A DNA stretch of 42,712 bases from a virus (taxonomy: Duplodnaviria > Caudoviricetes). How positions within the stretch are numbered: position 1 is the first letter of the stretch; the number at the start of each line of letters is the position of its first letter. Positions 25,227 to 34,568 of this stretch are shown one piece after another. The notes below the pieces were generated by a model, which saw only the letters and a program-made list of their open reading frames with translations, was not told the origin of the DNA and made no database searches. The stretch spans positions 1 to 42,712 of IMG/VR virus record IMGVR_UViG_3300032277_000013; one strand, given 5' to 3'. The position numbers and the translations under genes are program-made.

Positions 25227-25693
25227 TGACTTTAGAAGAACAAGCTACAAACTTTACAACCATGCGGCATATCGAACGGGTGCGTAACCTAATCAATAAC
25301 GTCATACGAAAGCTAATGGATCGACAAGAAAAACATGATCAATCTAAGCTAGAAGATCCAGAAGTATCATTATTCACTGAACACACTAAAACCCTATCGG
25401 GGTTAACGTATGGATCAGCCGAATATAAAACAGCACTAGAACAGTTAGCTCCAGCATTAAAACACCACTATGCTAACAATAGGCATCATCCTGAACACCA
25501 TAAAAACGGTGTCGATGATATGAATTTGTTAGACCTGATAGAAATGTTCTGTGATTGGAAGGCGGCATCAGAGAGGCACACAGACGGTAACATTCTAAAA
25601 TCTATTGAGCATAACGCAGACCGTTTTAGCATGTCTCCACAGTTAGTAAAAGTGTTTGAAAACACTGCCAAAGGAATGGACCTATTGAATTGA
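25226..25693 (+). CDS. DUF5662-like HD-fold metal-dependent hydrolase
   Basis: H...HDQSK...HHYANNRHHPEHH...EMFCDWKAA. Confidence 0.8.
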   Translation: MTLEEQATNFTTMRHIERVRNLINNVIRKLMDRQEKHDQSKLEDPEVSLFTEHTKTLSGLTYGSAEYKTALEQLAPALKHHYANNRHHPEHHKNGVDDMNLLDLIEMFCDWKAASERHTDGNILKSIEHNADRFSMSPQLVKVFENTAKGMDLLN

Positions 25694-25709
25694 ATAAAGG
25701 AAATGAGTA

Positions 25710-25928
25710 ATGGCGATTGATATGGACAATGCAGAACTGATAGCAAAACTAACAGAAATTGTAACCAAACAGCAAACAGCTATAAAAGAGTTGGAAACAC
25801 TAGCTGTGAGCAATGCTCAAATAGTTACAACACTTACGGAAAGACTGCTTAGTTCAGAACATGATATAGCGAACATGCTGCACCTAATAACAATCTTGGA
25901 AGGTAAGTCAGGGAATGACAGAGACTAA
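25710..25928 (+). CDS. coiled-coil hypothetical protein
   Basis: AAGGA SD, heptad pattern. Confidence 0.65.
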   Translation: MAIDMDNAELIAKLTEIVTKQQTAIKELETLAVSNAQIVTTLTERLLSSEHDIANMLHLITILEGKSGNDRD

Positions 25929-27468
25929 AGTATTTGATCCTATAGAATGGGCTAAACTTAACTGGCCGCATGTGACATTCTATAAGGAACAGAAAGACAT
26001 TATCTACAGTGTGCGGGATAATGATGAAACCTTTGTTCCAGCAGGTAATATGCTGGGCAAGGACTTCATATCCGCGTTTATCGTGCTATGGTTCTTCTGT
26101 AGCCGCACACCATGTAGGATCATTACAACTAGTGTGGACTACGAACAATTGAAGGGAGTGCTATGGGGTGAAATCAGACGGTTCCTACAAACAAGCAAGT
26201 ACGTGCTTCCAGTGGTAGCTAATCACTTAGAGTTAAAACGCCAAGACCTAAAGACGGGAGAAGTAGAAGGGCTGAGTTACCTAATAGGTAGGGTGGCAGC
26301 TAAGGGCGAAGGAATGTTAGGGCATCACATAGCTAAGACCGGTGACGGTGTTCCACGCACATTGTTTGTAGCTGACGAAGCTAGCGGTATAGAGGACGAG
26401 AGCTACGATAAGGCTGATACGTGGGCAAACCGTAAACTAGTTATCGGTAATCCTTACCCGTGTACTAACTTCTTTTATAACGGGGTAAAGGGGGGCGACT
26501 TAGAGAGTCCAGAACCGGGTAGACTGTATAGGAAGATCATTAAGATCAAAGCCCAGGACTCACCTAATGTAAAGCTTGGTGAAATACAAGTAGCCAAGAA
26601 TGAAACACCGACTAATGAAATCATTATTCCGGGTGTGAAGTCCTATGATGAATACATGAAGAACCGCAAACTATGGGATTCTATCAAGCAATGCGTTAGC
26701 TTAGATGCTGAATTCTATGAAGGTGCGGAAGTACTTATGTATCCACCTGAATGGTTGAACAAAGCCGAACAGACCGCCGCACTTCTTCCCCAGAGACGAC
26801 CAGCGAAAGTAATAGGACTAGACGTAGCAGAAGGGGGAGATAATACTTGTTGGTGTATGGTAGATGATCAAGGGTTAATCCACATGGTCAGTAAGCGTAC
26901 ACCAGACACGTCCTTAATCGTTTCAGAGACCATCGCACTAATGCAAGAATGGAATGTAAAGCCGGAGAAAGTATTACTGGACCGTGGTGGTGGGGGTAAG
27001 CAAATTGCCGATATGCTAAGACGCCAAGGATTCAAAGTTCGTACTGTTGGCTTTGGGGAATCGGTAATGCCTGAAAAGCGTAGAGGACAAGCCAGTGTAG
27101 AAAAACGTAAAGAGTTTGATGAGGATCGGTATGTGTATCTAAACCGCCGGGCTGAAATGTATGGAATGATTCGTAATAAGCTTGATCCAGTGTTTACAGA
27201 AGGCGGATTTGGCATACCACAAAAGTATTGCAAGCCTTTAGGTGATGGGCGTAAGTGCCTACGTGAGCAACTAGGCGTGATCCCATTGACGTTCGATAGC
27301 GAAGGACGTATGTATCTACTTCCGAAGACTCTAAAGCCTACAGAGAGCAAGAACAGCGAAAAACAAACCCTAGTCAAGATCATAGGACACAGCCCAGATG
27401 AAGCGGATGCCCTAGCGTTAGCGGTGTTTGGTCTGTATAGTAAGAAAGCTTCCTTCACAGTTAGGTAA
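25915..27468 (+). CDS. terL: terminase large subunit
   Basis: Q-motif, AGNMLGKD Walker A, FVADEAS Walker B, GNP coupling motif, GLDVAEGGD and SPDEADA nuclease motifs. Confidence 0.92.
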   Translation: MTETKVFDPIEWAKLNWPHVTFYKEQKDIIYSVRDNDETFVPAGNMLGKDFISAFIVLWFFCSRTPCRIITTSVDYEQLKGVLWGEIRRFLQTSKYVLPVVANHLELKRQDLKTGEVEGLSYLIGRVAAKGEGMLGHHIAKTGDGVPRTLFVADEASGIEDESYDKADTWANRKLVIGNPYPCTNFFYNGVKGGDLESPEPGRLYRKIIKIKAQDSPNVKLGEIQVAKNETPTNEIIIPGVKSYDEYMKNRKLWDSIKQCVSLDAEFYEGAEVLMYPPEWLNKAEQTAALLPQRRPAKVIGLDVAEGGDNTCWCMVDDQGLIHMVSKRTPDTSLIVSETIALMQEWNVKPEKVLLDRGGGGKQIADMLRRQGFKVRTVGFGESVMPEKRRGQASVEKRKEFDEDRYVYLNRRAEMYGMIRNKLDPVFTEGGFGIPQKYCKPLGDGRKCLREQLGVIPLTFDSEGRMYLLPKTLKPTESKNSEKQTLVKIIGHSPDEADALALAVFGLYSKKASFTVR

Positions 27469-27472
27469 TCCA

Positions 27473-27625
27473 ATGTCGGTCACATGGAAAACCAACAGAC
27501 AAAAGAAACGGATGCCCAAAGGGGGAATCTTTTGGTGTTGGGGCTGTGACATGCAGCTAGTCGAACAGTGGAAGAAATGTAAATATTGTGGCCATAGGAA
27601 CGGACGTAGAACTAACAAAAAATAA
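27473..27625 (+). CDS. small zinc-ribbon protein
   Basis: WCWGCD...KCKYCG. Confidence 0.6.
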   Translation: MSVTWKTNRQKKRMPKGGIFWCWGCDMQLVEQWKKCKYCGHRNGRRTNKK

Positions 27626-27634
27626 GGGAATACA

Positions 27635-29284
27635 ATGGCTGATAACGACAAAGCAGAAGACAAAGTTATGGGACGTGCTGATTTACAGATGTATATGAAC
27701 GCTGTGTTAACACGTAGCCAGATCATAGAGAAGTTCCTTGATCCTAGGCGTGACGTGTACGCAGAGTGCGGGTATCCCACAACTGAACAGCTTAATATCA
27801 CGTACTATCAAAAACTATACGAACGGGAAGGTATTGCTTCACGGGTGGTTGAAGTGATGCCGATGGAAAGTTGGCAGTCTATTCCTAGGGTGTTTGAAAC
27901 CGATGAAGTGGATAACGAAACACCGTTTGAAAAAGCTTGGAATGATTTATCAATCTCACTTAGAGGAAAATCTAGGTATCAAGGTGAGGACGGTCATCCT
28001 ATCTGGGAGAAACTAGAACGGGCAGACGTACTAAGTGGGATCGGTGATTTCGGGGTAATACTTATTGGTCTGGATGACGGGTTAGACTTAGCTGAAGAAG
28101 CTGTTCCTAGAGAAGGGCAGCAAGTTATATTTATCCGGGCATTCGATGAAAGCCTAGTAAGTATCAGCAGCTATGAAAGTGATGCTAGCAATCCCCGCTT
28201 TGGGCAACCTACGCAATACTCCGTAACTATTAACGATCCCCGGCATATTGCAGCGGGGGACAGCGGTGTATCAAGACCAGAGAGCGGACCGCAAAGTGCT
28301 GCCCAAGACTCAACTACAAAAACGGTACACTGGTCCCGTATTATTCATGTTGCTGACAACCTAGGAAGCAGTGAAGTATTCGGGGTGTCTCGATTACGCA
28401 ACCAGTACAACCGCATAGCCGACTTGATTAAGTTGTATAGCGGCAGTGGTGAGATGTACTGGAAGGGTGCGTTCCCTGGTTTAAGTATTGAAACACATCC
28501 TCAACTAGGTGCTGATGTGGACCTAGATGAAACAGCTATCAAAGCTAAGATGCTAGAATACGAGCAGGGATTGAGTAGGTATCTAGCAATGGCTGGAGCA
28601 AGTGCTAACAGCTTGGCTCCTCAAGTAGTTGATCCTAGTAAGCAAATCGAAGTCCAGCTAGATGCGTTGTGTATTAGCATCGGTGTTCCTAAGCGTATCT
28701 TTATCGGTAGTGAACGTGGCGAACTAGCTAGCAGCCAAGACGCTAGCAGTTGGAACGACCGTTTACGACACCGCCAGAATTCTTATATTACTCCCAGAAT
28801 CATTGTTCCGTTTATCGATAGGGTGATAGAGTTAAAAGTTTTACCAGAACCGGCAGAAGAAAACGGATACAGTATAGAGTGGCCCGATTTGGAAGCACTA
28901 ACGGAAGCAGAGCAAGCCGCTATTGTTACACAGCGAACTGAAGCTATGTCCAAGTATGTATCGGGTGGGGTAGAGTCTTTGATTGCTCCACAAGATTATC
29001 TAGTCCGTGAAATGCACTACACGCAGGACGAAGCTGAAGAAATACTAGATAACGCTATAGAATTGCTTGAGGAGAAAGAAGCAGAGTTGGAAGAGGCAAT
29101 GGCTTTAGAGCGTGAAGAATTTGGTAAACATGGAGTAGGAGTATCTAAGGATGGTAAACCGTTCCCGTTCCCCGATCAACAAGCACTCACCGGCATATCG
29201 CCATCCGGCGATAAAGTACCTCCCAAGCCCAAGCCAAATAAGAAAGATGATGGAGAAGATAAGAAAGGAAAACTTAAAGAATGA
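27635..29284 (+). CDS. portal protein (DUF1073-like)
   Basis: After terL; YEREGIASRVVE, VHWSRIIH, GVPKRIFIGSERGELASSQD. Confidence 0.88.
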   Translation: MADNDKAEDKVMGRADLQMYMNAVLTRSQIIEKFLDPRRDVYAECGYPTTEQLNITYYQKLYEREGIASRVVEVMPMESWQSIPRVFETDEVDNETPFEKAWNDLSISLRGKSRYQGEDGHPIWEKLERADVLSGIGDFGVILIGLDDGLDLAEEAVPREGQQVIFIRAFDESLVSISSYESDASNPRFGQPTQYSVTINDPRHIAAGDSGVSRPESGPQSAAQDSTTKTVHWSRIIHVADNLGSSEVFGVSRLRNQYNRIADLIKLYSGSGEMYWKGAFPGLSIETHPQLGADVDLDETAIKAKMLEYEQGLSRYLAMAGASANSLAPQVVDPSKQIEVQLDALCISIGVPKRIFIGSERGELASSQDASSWNDRLRHRQNSYITPRIIVPFIDRVIELKVLPEPAEENGYSIEWPDLEALTEAEQAAIVTQRTEAMSKYVSGGVESLIAPQDYLVREMHYTQDEAEEILDNAIELLEEKEAELEEAMALEREEFGKHGVGVSKDGKPFPFPDQQALTGISPSGDKVPPKPKPNKKDDGEDKKGKLKE

Positions 29285-29368
29285 TAAGCATAGGTGCGAA
29301 GAAGAAAGAGTTTCACAACCGGGTATTAGAGAATGCAAAGTTCCTAGAGGGTTTGGAAGGTTAGTAGA

Positions 29369-32056
29369 ATGATTACGGCTAATGTAAAACGCAAACCACA
29401 CAGAAACCCTTTGCGTGCGGACCCCACTAAGACCGCTACGTTACGCCGGGTGTTTATGACCGCTATGCGGAAACGTATGTATAAACTTCAAGCTGATGTG
29501 TGGCAACTTGTAGTTGTGGAAGATGCGTTCGGGTTACGTGAAAGCCGACAAACATCCGCATTCAATACTAGTGAACTGACCAACAACAACCGCTGGAAGT
29601 TTAGGTCTGATCCTGATAAAGTCAGACTCTTTCAAATCTGGTTACAACAAAACGTAGACGAAAACATACTTCCACCAGAGCTACCCGCAAATACAGACCA
29701 ACTGTTTTGGGAAGACTTTGTTCGTAAGGGTTACGAGAAAGGAGCCGGGCGTGCATACACTGATGTCCGCAAGAAGGGCATAGAACTGGACCCCAATTAT
29801 TTAGCAGGAGGTAGGGATGAATTCTTACGCAAGAGTTTTGCACAGCCCGCCAGTATCAACAAAGTCAAACTATTAGTTGGACGAGTCTATAGCGACCTAA
29901 AAGGCGTGACTCAAGCTATGTCCACACAAATGACCAGAGTATTATCAGAAGGGTTTGCAGAAGGGGTAGGACCAAGAGAAGTAGGACGCAGATTAAACAA
30001 GACCGTTAAAAACATAGGACGACACCGGGCAGTAACGATAGCCCGCACTGAAACAATCCGGGCACATGCAGAAGGTCAACTAGATAGCCTAGAGGAATTG
30101 GGTGTAACGGAAGTGGGTGTGGCTGTAGAATGGTCAACCGCCGGTGACGACCGTGTATGTCCCATGTGTAGCCCGCTAGAAGGCGTGATCATGTCTACCC
30201 GTGAAGCTAGGGGCATTCTACCCCGCCATCCTAACTGTAGATGTGCATTCAAGCCCGCTAACGTGGGTGAGTCTAAGAAGGGGCGGCTAGTTAAGCGGGT
30301 AGACCCCAAGACCGGCAAGGTTAAGACCGTGCGAGTGCCCCAAAAACGCACCGCTAAGGCCAAGCAAGCAGCCATAGACAAATCTATACAGGCTGAGATA
30401 CCAAAGCGTTCAGACCGCACGCTAGCCGATCAGAAGGCTATCAGTACAAACCCGATAGGCAGAACCCCAGCCAAAGCAGCCCCCAAGAGCATACTTGACG
30501 GTCCAGACATTAAACCGCCAACTAGACCGAAACCCCCAAAAGACAAACTGCCTAAAGACCGTCAAGGATTCAAGCCAGAGTTTAAGGATAACTCAACCAA
30601 AGCAGAACGATCCCGCATTACTAAGCTAGGCGGAGAACGTAGCAGGCTAAACAAACTAATCAAAGCAGGTGGGAACGACCATCTAAAGCCCGAACTAGAA
30701 AACGTATTAGCCGAACTGAAACAGATTAACGATTTAGTTAAATCTCGTATCAGTGGGGGTGGGGCAGCGACAATTGAAAAAATTGTTCCTGTTAAAAAAC
30801 CTACGCTTCCTCCTACAATAAAAGTACCTGAATCTAAAATTCCAATTCCTACACCTAAAGATATAGAAGCAACAGCGGTTAAATGGAACGAAGCTAGGGC
30901 AGAAGTCCATATTCTAAGAGCAGAAAAAACAAAACTGAAGTCAGCTAAGTGGCAGGCAGATTCTTTAGAAGAATTAAAACCGATAGAAAAGAAACTCCAC
31001 GAGAACCAACAAAAATTGTGGAACGCTAATGAAAGACAAAACGAAGCTGGAGAACAGATGCGTAGAGTTAAACAGCGGGACGTACCAGTGTTAGACGTAT
31101 TAAAACAGGAGAGAATGCAAGCCAAACGTAAAAAGATGTTGAAGTTGGAAGAAGAATTTGATGCTAATCTTGCACGTTTAGATAAACGACAAACTGAACT
31201 GTACGCTAAAAAAGATGCCATACACGCCAAGCAGGAAGCGTTAGCTGACAAATGGGACGATATGTCCGACATACAAAAACAAGCAACAAACATTTTAATA
31301 AAACAATATGAGCTAGACGCTACAGCAATTCATAAAGAATTAAGGGACGAGGTGTGGGCAGAAGCGAAAAAAATAAATAATAACCATCGTAAGCAATTAG
31401 AAAAATCTTTTGGAATTATCAACCGACAAAAAATCAAGGTGAACACTTCGCGGGCTAAAACAAAATATCCAGTTAAGTTTCAAAACCCTGAAGGACCACA
31501 AACAGTCTTAGCCAGTAGTCCTCCCCAAAATAAGAACACCAGAGAAGCTAAGAAATTTGTCCAATCTATTTCTTCAAAGAATTCGGGCATAGAAGAAATC
31601 AACATTTCCGTGCATAGAACACCTACTAACAGTCGGGCGTTTTCTAGAGAAGGGGACGAAGACTGGTCAGGCATTTTTATGGCTGATAATGCTCAAATAA
31701 GAACCTATGTCCACGAGATAGGGCATCAATTAGAAGATCAAATGTTTGAAATGCGGCAAAGAGCAACTGAGTTTAGAAACGCACGCATAGCTAGAGCAGG
31801 AACTAAAGATGTGAGAATGGTGGACGCTTTCCCAAGTCATAACTACAAGGAATCTGAAATAGGTAATCCTGACGGGTTTATTGAAGCGTTTGGAGACAGT
31901 TCTGCCCACTATGTTGGAAAGAACTACGGGCAGGGGGAAGCTACAGAAATAATCTCTATGGGAATAGAAAAACTTTATTATGATCCTATAGGATTCGCTC
32001 GAAACGATCCAGAGTATTTTGACTTTATCGTTAACGCATTAAGTGGGGATTTATGA
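29369..32056 (+). CDS. MuF/SPP1 gp7 head morphogenesis protein with long C-terminal extension and HExxH domain
   Basis: RAVTIARTE, WSTAGDDRVCPMC, PRHPNCRC; then Pro/Lys linker, coiled coil, HEIGH...EIISMGIE. Confidence 0.9.
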   Translation: MITANVKRKPHRNPLRADPTKTATLRRVFMTAMRKRMYKLQADVWQLVVVEDAFGLRESRQTSAFNTSELTNNNRWKFRSDPDKVRLFQIWLQQNVDENILPPELPANTDQLFWEDFVRKGYEKGAGRAYTDVRKKGIELDPNYLAGGRDEFLRKSFAQPASINKVKLLVGRVYSDLKGVTQAMSTQMTRVLSEGFAEGVGPREVGRRLNKTVKNIGRHRAVTIARTETIRAHAEGQLDSLEELGVTEVGVAVEWSTAGDDRVCPMCSPLEGVIMSTREARGILPRHPNCRCAFKPANVGESKKGRLVKRVDPKTGKVKTVRVPQKRTAKAKQAAIDKSIQAEIPKRSDRTLADQKAISTNPIGRTPAKAAPKSILDGPDIKPPTRPKPPKDKLPKDRQGFKPEFKDNSTKAERSRITKLGGERSRLNKLIKAGGNDHLKPELENVLAELKQINDLVKSRISGGGAATIEKIVPVKKPTLPPTIKVPESKIPIPTPKDIEATAVKWNEARAEVHILRAEKTKLKSAKWQADSLEELKPIEKKLHENQQKLWNANERQNEAGEQMRRVKQRDVPVLDVLKQERMQAKRKKMLKLEEEFDANLARLDKRQTELYAKKDAIHAKQEALADKWDDMSDIQKQATNILIKQYELDATAIHKELRDEVWAEAKKINNNHRKQLEKSFGIINRQKIKVNTSRAKTKYPVKFQNPEGPQTVLASSPPQNKNTREAKKFVQSISSKNSGIEEINISVHRTPTNSRAFSREGDEDWSGIFMADNAQIRTYVHEIGHQLEDQMFEMRQRATEFRNARIARAGTKDVRMVDAFPSHNYKESEIGNPDGFIEAFGDSSAHYVGKNYGQGEATEIISMGIEKLYYDPIGFARNDPEYFDFIVNALSGDL

Positions 32057-32298
32057 GGTACTTCATTAAAGGCGATCTTAAAATAGTGTTGGAACCCACT
32101 GGTAAATGGACTTGTAAAAAACTTCCAAGCTTGGCAAAAGTCTATAATGCTTTGTCTAAAATAGAATATGATCAAGCAGTGGTGTCTGATGGAGACCCCC
32201 AAGCTAAAGTTTTTGAGTATGTTGTGGGCAGAGCCAATCCTGACACAGTGGTTAATGAACCGCCACAAGAAACAGAGGAGAAAGGAATAGTGTACTAA
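32053..32298 (+). CDS. small protein coupled to MuF (candidate immunity/partner)
   Basis: ATGA overlap with MuF stop. Confidence 0.65.
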   Translation: MRYFIKGDLKIVLEPTGKWTCKKLPSLAKVYNALSKIEYDQAVVSDGDPQAKVFEYVVGRANPDTVVNEPPQETEEKGIVY

Positions 32299-32420
32299 TG
32301 GCTACAGGAGATCAACTGATTAAGCTTGGTGGAGGGGCTGCTGGTTGTGGTTGCATACTTATGTTGCTGCCGGTAGCACTAATCTTAGGGATAATGCTTT
32401 TCGCAATTATATTTGGATAG
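32298..32420 (+). CDS. 40-aa membrane protein
   Basis: Not in ORF track: MATGDQLIKLGGGAAGCGCILMLLPVALILGIMLFAIIFG; TAATG coupling, AAGGA SD, fills the gap exactly. Confidence 0.65.
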   Translation: MATGDQLIKLGGGAAGCGCILMLLPVALILGIMLFAIIFG

Positions 32421-32423
32421 GGG

Positions 32424-32669
32424 ATGCCAGTGGAACTGACGCCAACACAATCGAGGATAATGAATTTACTATCAGATGGGAGGCCCCATACAGCCGATGA
32501 ACTGCATAGGTGTTTCAGTGATGAACTCACTGAAAAAGATAATGTGCGGTGTATGGTCAGTCTAATGAGGGACCGGCTAAACCTAAACGGGTTAGACATA
32601 ACCAGCCGTAGAAAATCTAGCCGAACTACTTACAGGCTAGTACGATTGATCAATAACGGGGCTGAATAG
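32424..32669 (+). CDS. winged-helix DNA-binding protein (OmpR/PhoB effector-like)
   Basis: LTPTQSRIMNLL, TADEL, NVRCMVSLMRDRL, TYRL. Confidence 0.75.
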   Translation: MPVELTPTQSRIMNLLSDGRPHTADELHRCFSDELTEKDNVRCMVSLMRDRLNLNGLDITSRRKSSRTTYRLVRLINNGAE

Positions 32670-32703
32670 CTACAGCAACAACGTAGTAAATATCCACAAA
32701 GTA

Positions 32704-32768
32704 TTTACACACTTACCTCCAGAGGGCTAGCCTATATCAAGGTTAACCAACTCTCTGGAGGTTTTTTC
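32704..32768 (+). promoter_or_regulatory. hairpin/terminator occluding the SD of the head operon, with overlapping promoter candidate
   Basis: ACCTCCAGAGGG (32715-32726) pairs with CTCTCTGGAGGT (32751-32762) containing GGAGG, followed by a T run and ATG; TTTACA-N18-TAGCCT overlaps the 5' arm. Confidence 0.7.
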
Positions 32769-33989
32769 ATGGAAACATTGACAGTCAATTTCAACGGTGC
32801 AACTCGTACCGAGAAATTAAACGGCAAAGATTACATAGTCGCTCCAATGACTATGATAGTTCCCGGCGTATTGAACGGGTCCAAGGGACCTATGTTCTAC
32901 CCCGGTGAAGAACTAGCTAAGAATGCTGAAGCTTGGAACGGTATGCCTATCGTTATCAACCACCCCGATGAAGCAGTGTCCGCACGCACGCCCGCTATAC
33001 TCAATAAGTCCGGTGTAGGGCTAGTGTTCAACAGCCGTTTTGAAAACGATAAGCTACAGGCGGAAGCTTGGTTTGATACTGAGCAAGTAAAGAATAAAGC
33101 TATCGACGTGTACGGCAATCTGACAACGGGTAAGAAGCAGGAACTAAGCACGGGGCTGTTTGTTGGTGGGTTAGAACCCGCTACCCAAAACGCTGAATAT
33201 AACGGTGTCCGCTATACCCACATCGCTCGTAACTATAAACCGGACCACCTAGCTATTCTCCCAGAACAGGCTGGTGCGTGTAGCATCAGTGACGGTTGTG
33301 GAGTTAATAATAAAGAGACTGAAGAAAGCCTAAGTGCCAATTCTGGGATCGATAAGATTCTAGACTTACTTACGAATTTGACCGAGAAAGGAAATACTAT
33401 CATGGACCGCGATAAAGTTATTGCTGGTTTGATTGCTAACTGTGAGTGCTGGTCTGAAGATGATAAAGAAGTCCTCAACGCTATGACGGATGAGCAACTT
33501 CTGAAACATGAAAAGACCGTTAATGAGTTTGTGGCTAACGCTGCAAAAACCAAAGAACTGACCGAACAGGTTGAAACGCTTACGGCTAATGCAGAGAAGA
33601 AGCCGGAAGAGAAACCAACCGAGACGGTTGAAAATAAGGAAGTTAAGCCTATGACAGATCAAGAGTGGTTGGCCCAAGCCCCTCCCGGTGTTCAAAGTGT
33701 TGTGAAGAACAGCATGGATTGGGAAGCCGGTCAAAAGCAGTTGTTGATTAACAGCATGGTTAAAGATCAAGCTGAACCCAACAAAGCAGCACTGATTGAA
33801 AACCTTTCCAGTAAGTCACTAGAAGAACTGCGAACGCTTTCGCTACTGACTCCAGTGGTTGAAGAAGTCGCTACTCCTGTGGCTAACTATATTGGTTCTG
33901 CTGTTCCCGCAGCTAGCCAAGTGACTAATGAGTATGACTACTCTCAAGACAACTGGACCGATGAAGATATTGACTGGTCCGCTAACTAA
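32769..33989 (+). CDS. DUF2213-family prohead protease/scaffold
   Basis: PIVINHP, ELSTG, DHLAIL..GACS..GCG; acidic helical C-terminal half. Confidence 0.85.
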   Translation: METLTVNFNGATRTEKLNGKDYIVAPMTMIVPGVLNGSKGPMFYPGEELAKNAEAWNGMPIVINHPDEAVSARTPAILNKSGVGLVFNSRFENDKLQAEAWFDTEQVKNKAIDVYGNLTTGKKQELSTGLFVGGLEPATQNAEYNGVRYTHIARNYKPDHLAILPEQAGACSISDGCGVNNKETEESLSANSGIDKILDLLTNLTEKGNTIMDRDKVIAGLIANCECWSEDDKEVLNAMTDEQLLKHEKTVNEFVANAAKTKELTEQVETLTANAEKKPEEKPTETVENKEVKPMTDQEWLAQAPPGVQSVVKNSMDWEAGQKQLLINSMVKDQAEPNKAALIENLSSKSLEELRTLSLLTPVVEEVATPVANYIGSAVPAASQVTNEYDYSQDNWTDEDIDWSAN

Positions 33990-34042
33990 TACAAACCTAG
34001 AAAGTATTCTAGGCTGTTTCATATAAGAAAGGAAACAGAACG

Positions 34043-34525
34043 ATGGCTAAAGGAAACTTGATTGTTGTTAGTGAAAATCCCCGTGGCCGATTTGCGGAGG
34101 GTACTATTACCGGTACGCCAAAGCCCGGTACGGTGGTGATGATTGATACTGCTACGGCATTGGATGCTAACGGGCGTGCTACGTTCGTACCTTACGCACC
34201 CGGTCAAGACGGTATTAAACAAGGTGCTATGTGTGTCCTGCGTGAAGACTACGGGCAAGGTAAACTTGCTTCGGAAGCCTATGTAACCGGGGACCATTGT
34301 TATGTTTATTACCCGCTGCCGGGTGACGAACTTAACATGCTCCTGCTGGACATCAGTGGTACGGCAGATGATCATGCTATGGGCGAGTTGCTTATGGTTA
34401 ATAACGGAGACGGTAAACTTGTTGCCAGTACGGGTAGTCCCGAACAAGAACCTTTCCAACTTCTAGAAGCAGTAACCGATCCGGCTGCTGATACTTTGGC
34501 CCATTGTCAATTCACTGGGGTTTAA
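34043..34525 (+). CDS. capsid decoration/cement protein
   Basis: Between scaffold and major capsid; PG motif, G-rich beta pattern. Confidence 0.7.
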   Translation: MAKGNLIVVSENPRGRFAEGTITGTPKPGTVVMIDTATALDANGRATFVPYAPGQDGIKQGAMCVLREDYGQGKLASEAYVTGDHCYVYYPLPGDELNMLLLDISGTADDHAMGELLMVNNGDGKLVASTGSPEQEPFQLLEAVTDPAADTLAHCQFTGV

Positions 34526-34568
34526 TAACCACTAGTTGAATTGAAATCCTATAGAAAGGAATTCGATA

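Noticed and set aside
27635-29284. Anti-CBASS Acb1 annotation often attached to DUF1073 proteins
   Set aside because: No 2H phosphoesterase HxT motifs recognised; position and size fit a portal.
29151-29372. ORF overlapping the portal 3' end
   Set aside because: Extensive overlap and no motif; a shorter gap-filling peptide is possible but unsupported.
30562-31293. Long antisense ORFs (also 26868..27473, 34512..35132, 37584..38144)
   Set aside because: Entirely opposite well-supported genes, with no SD or motifs.
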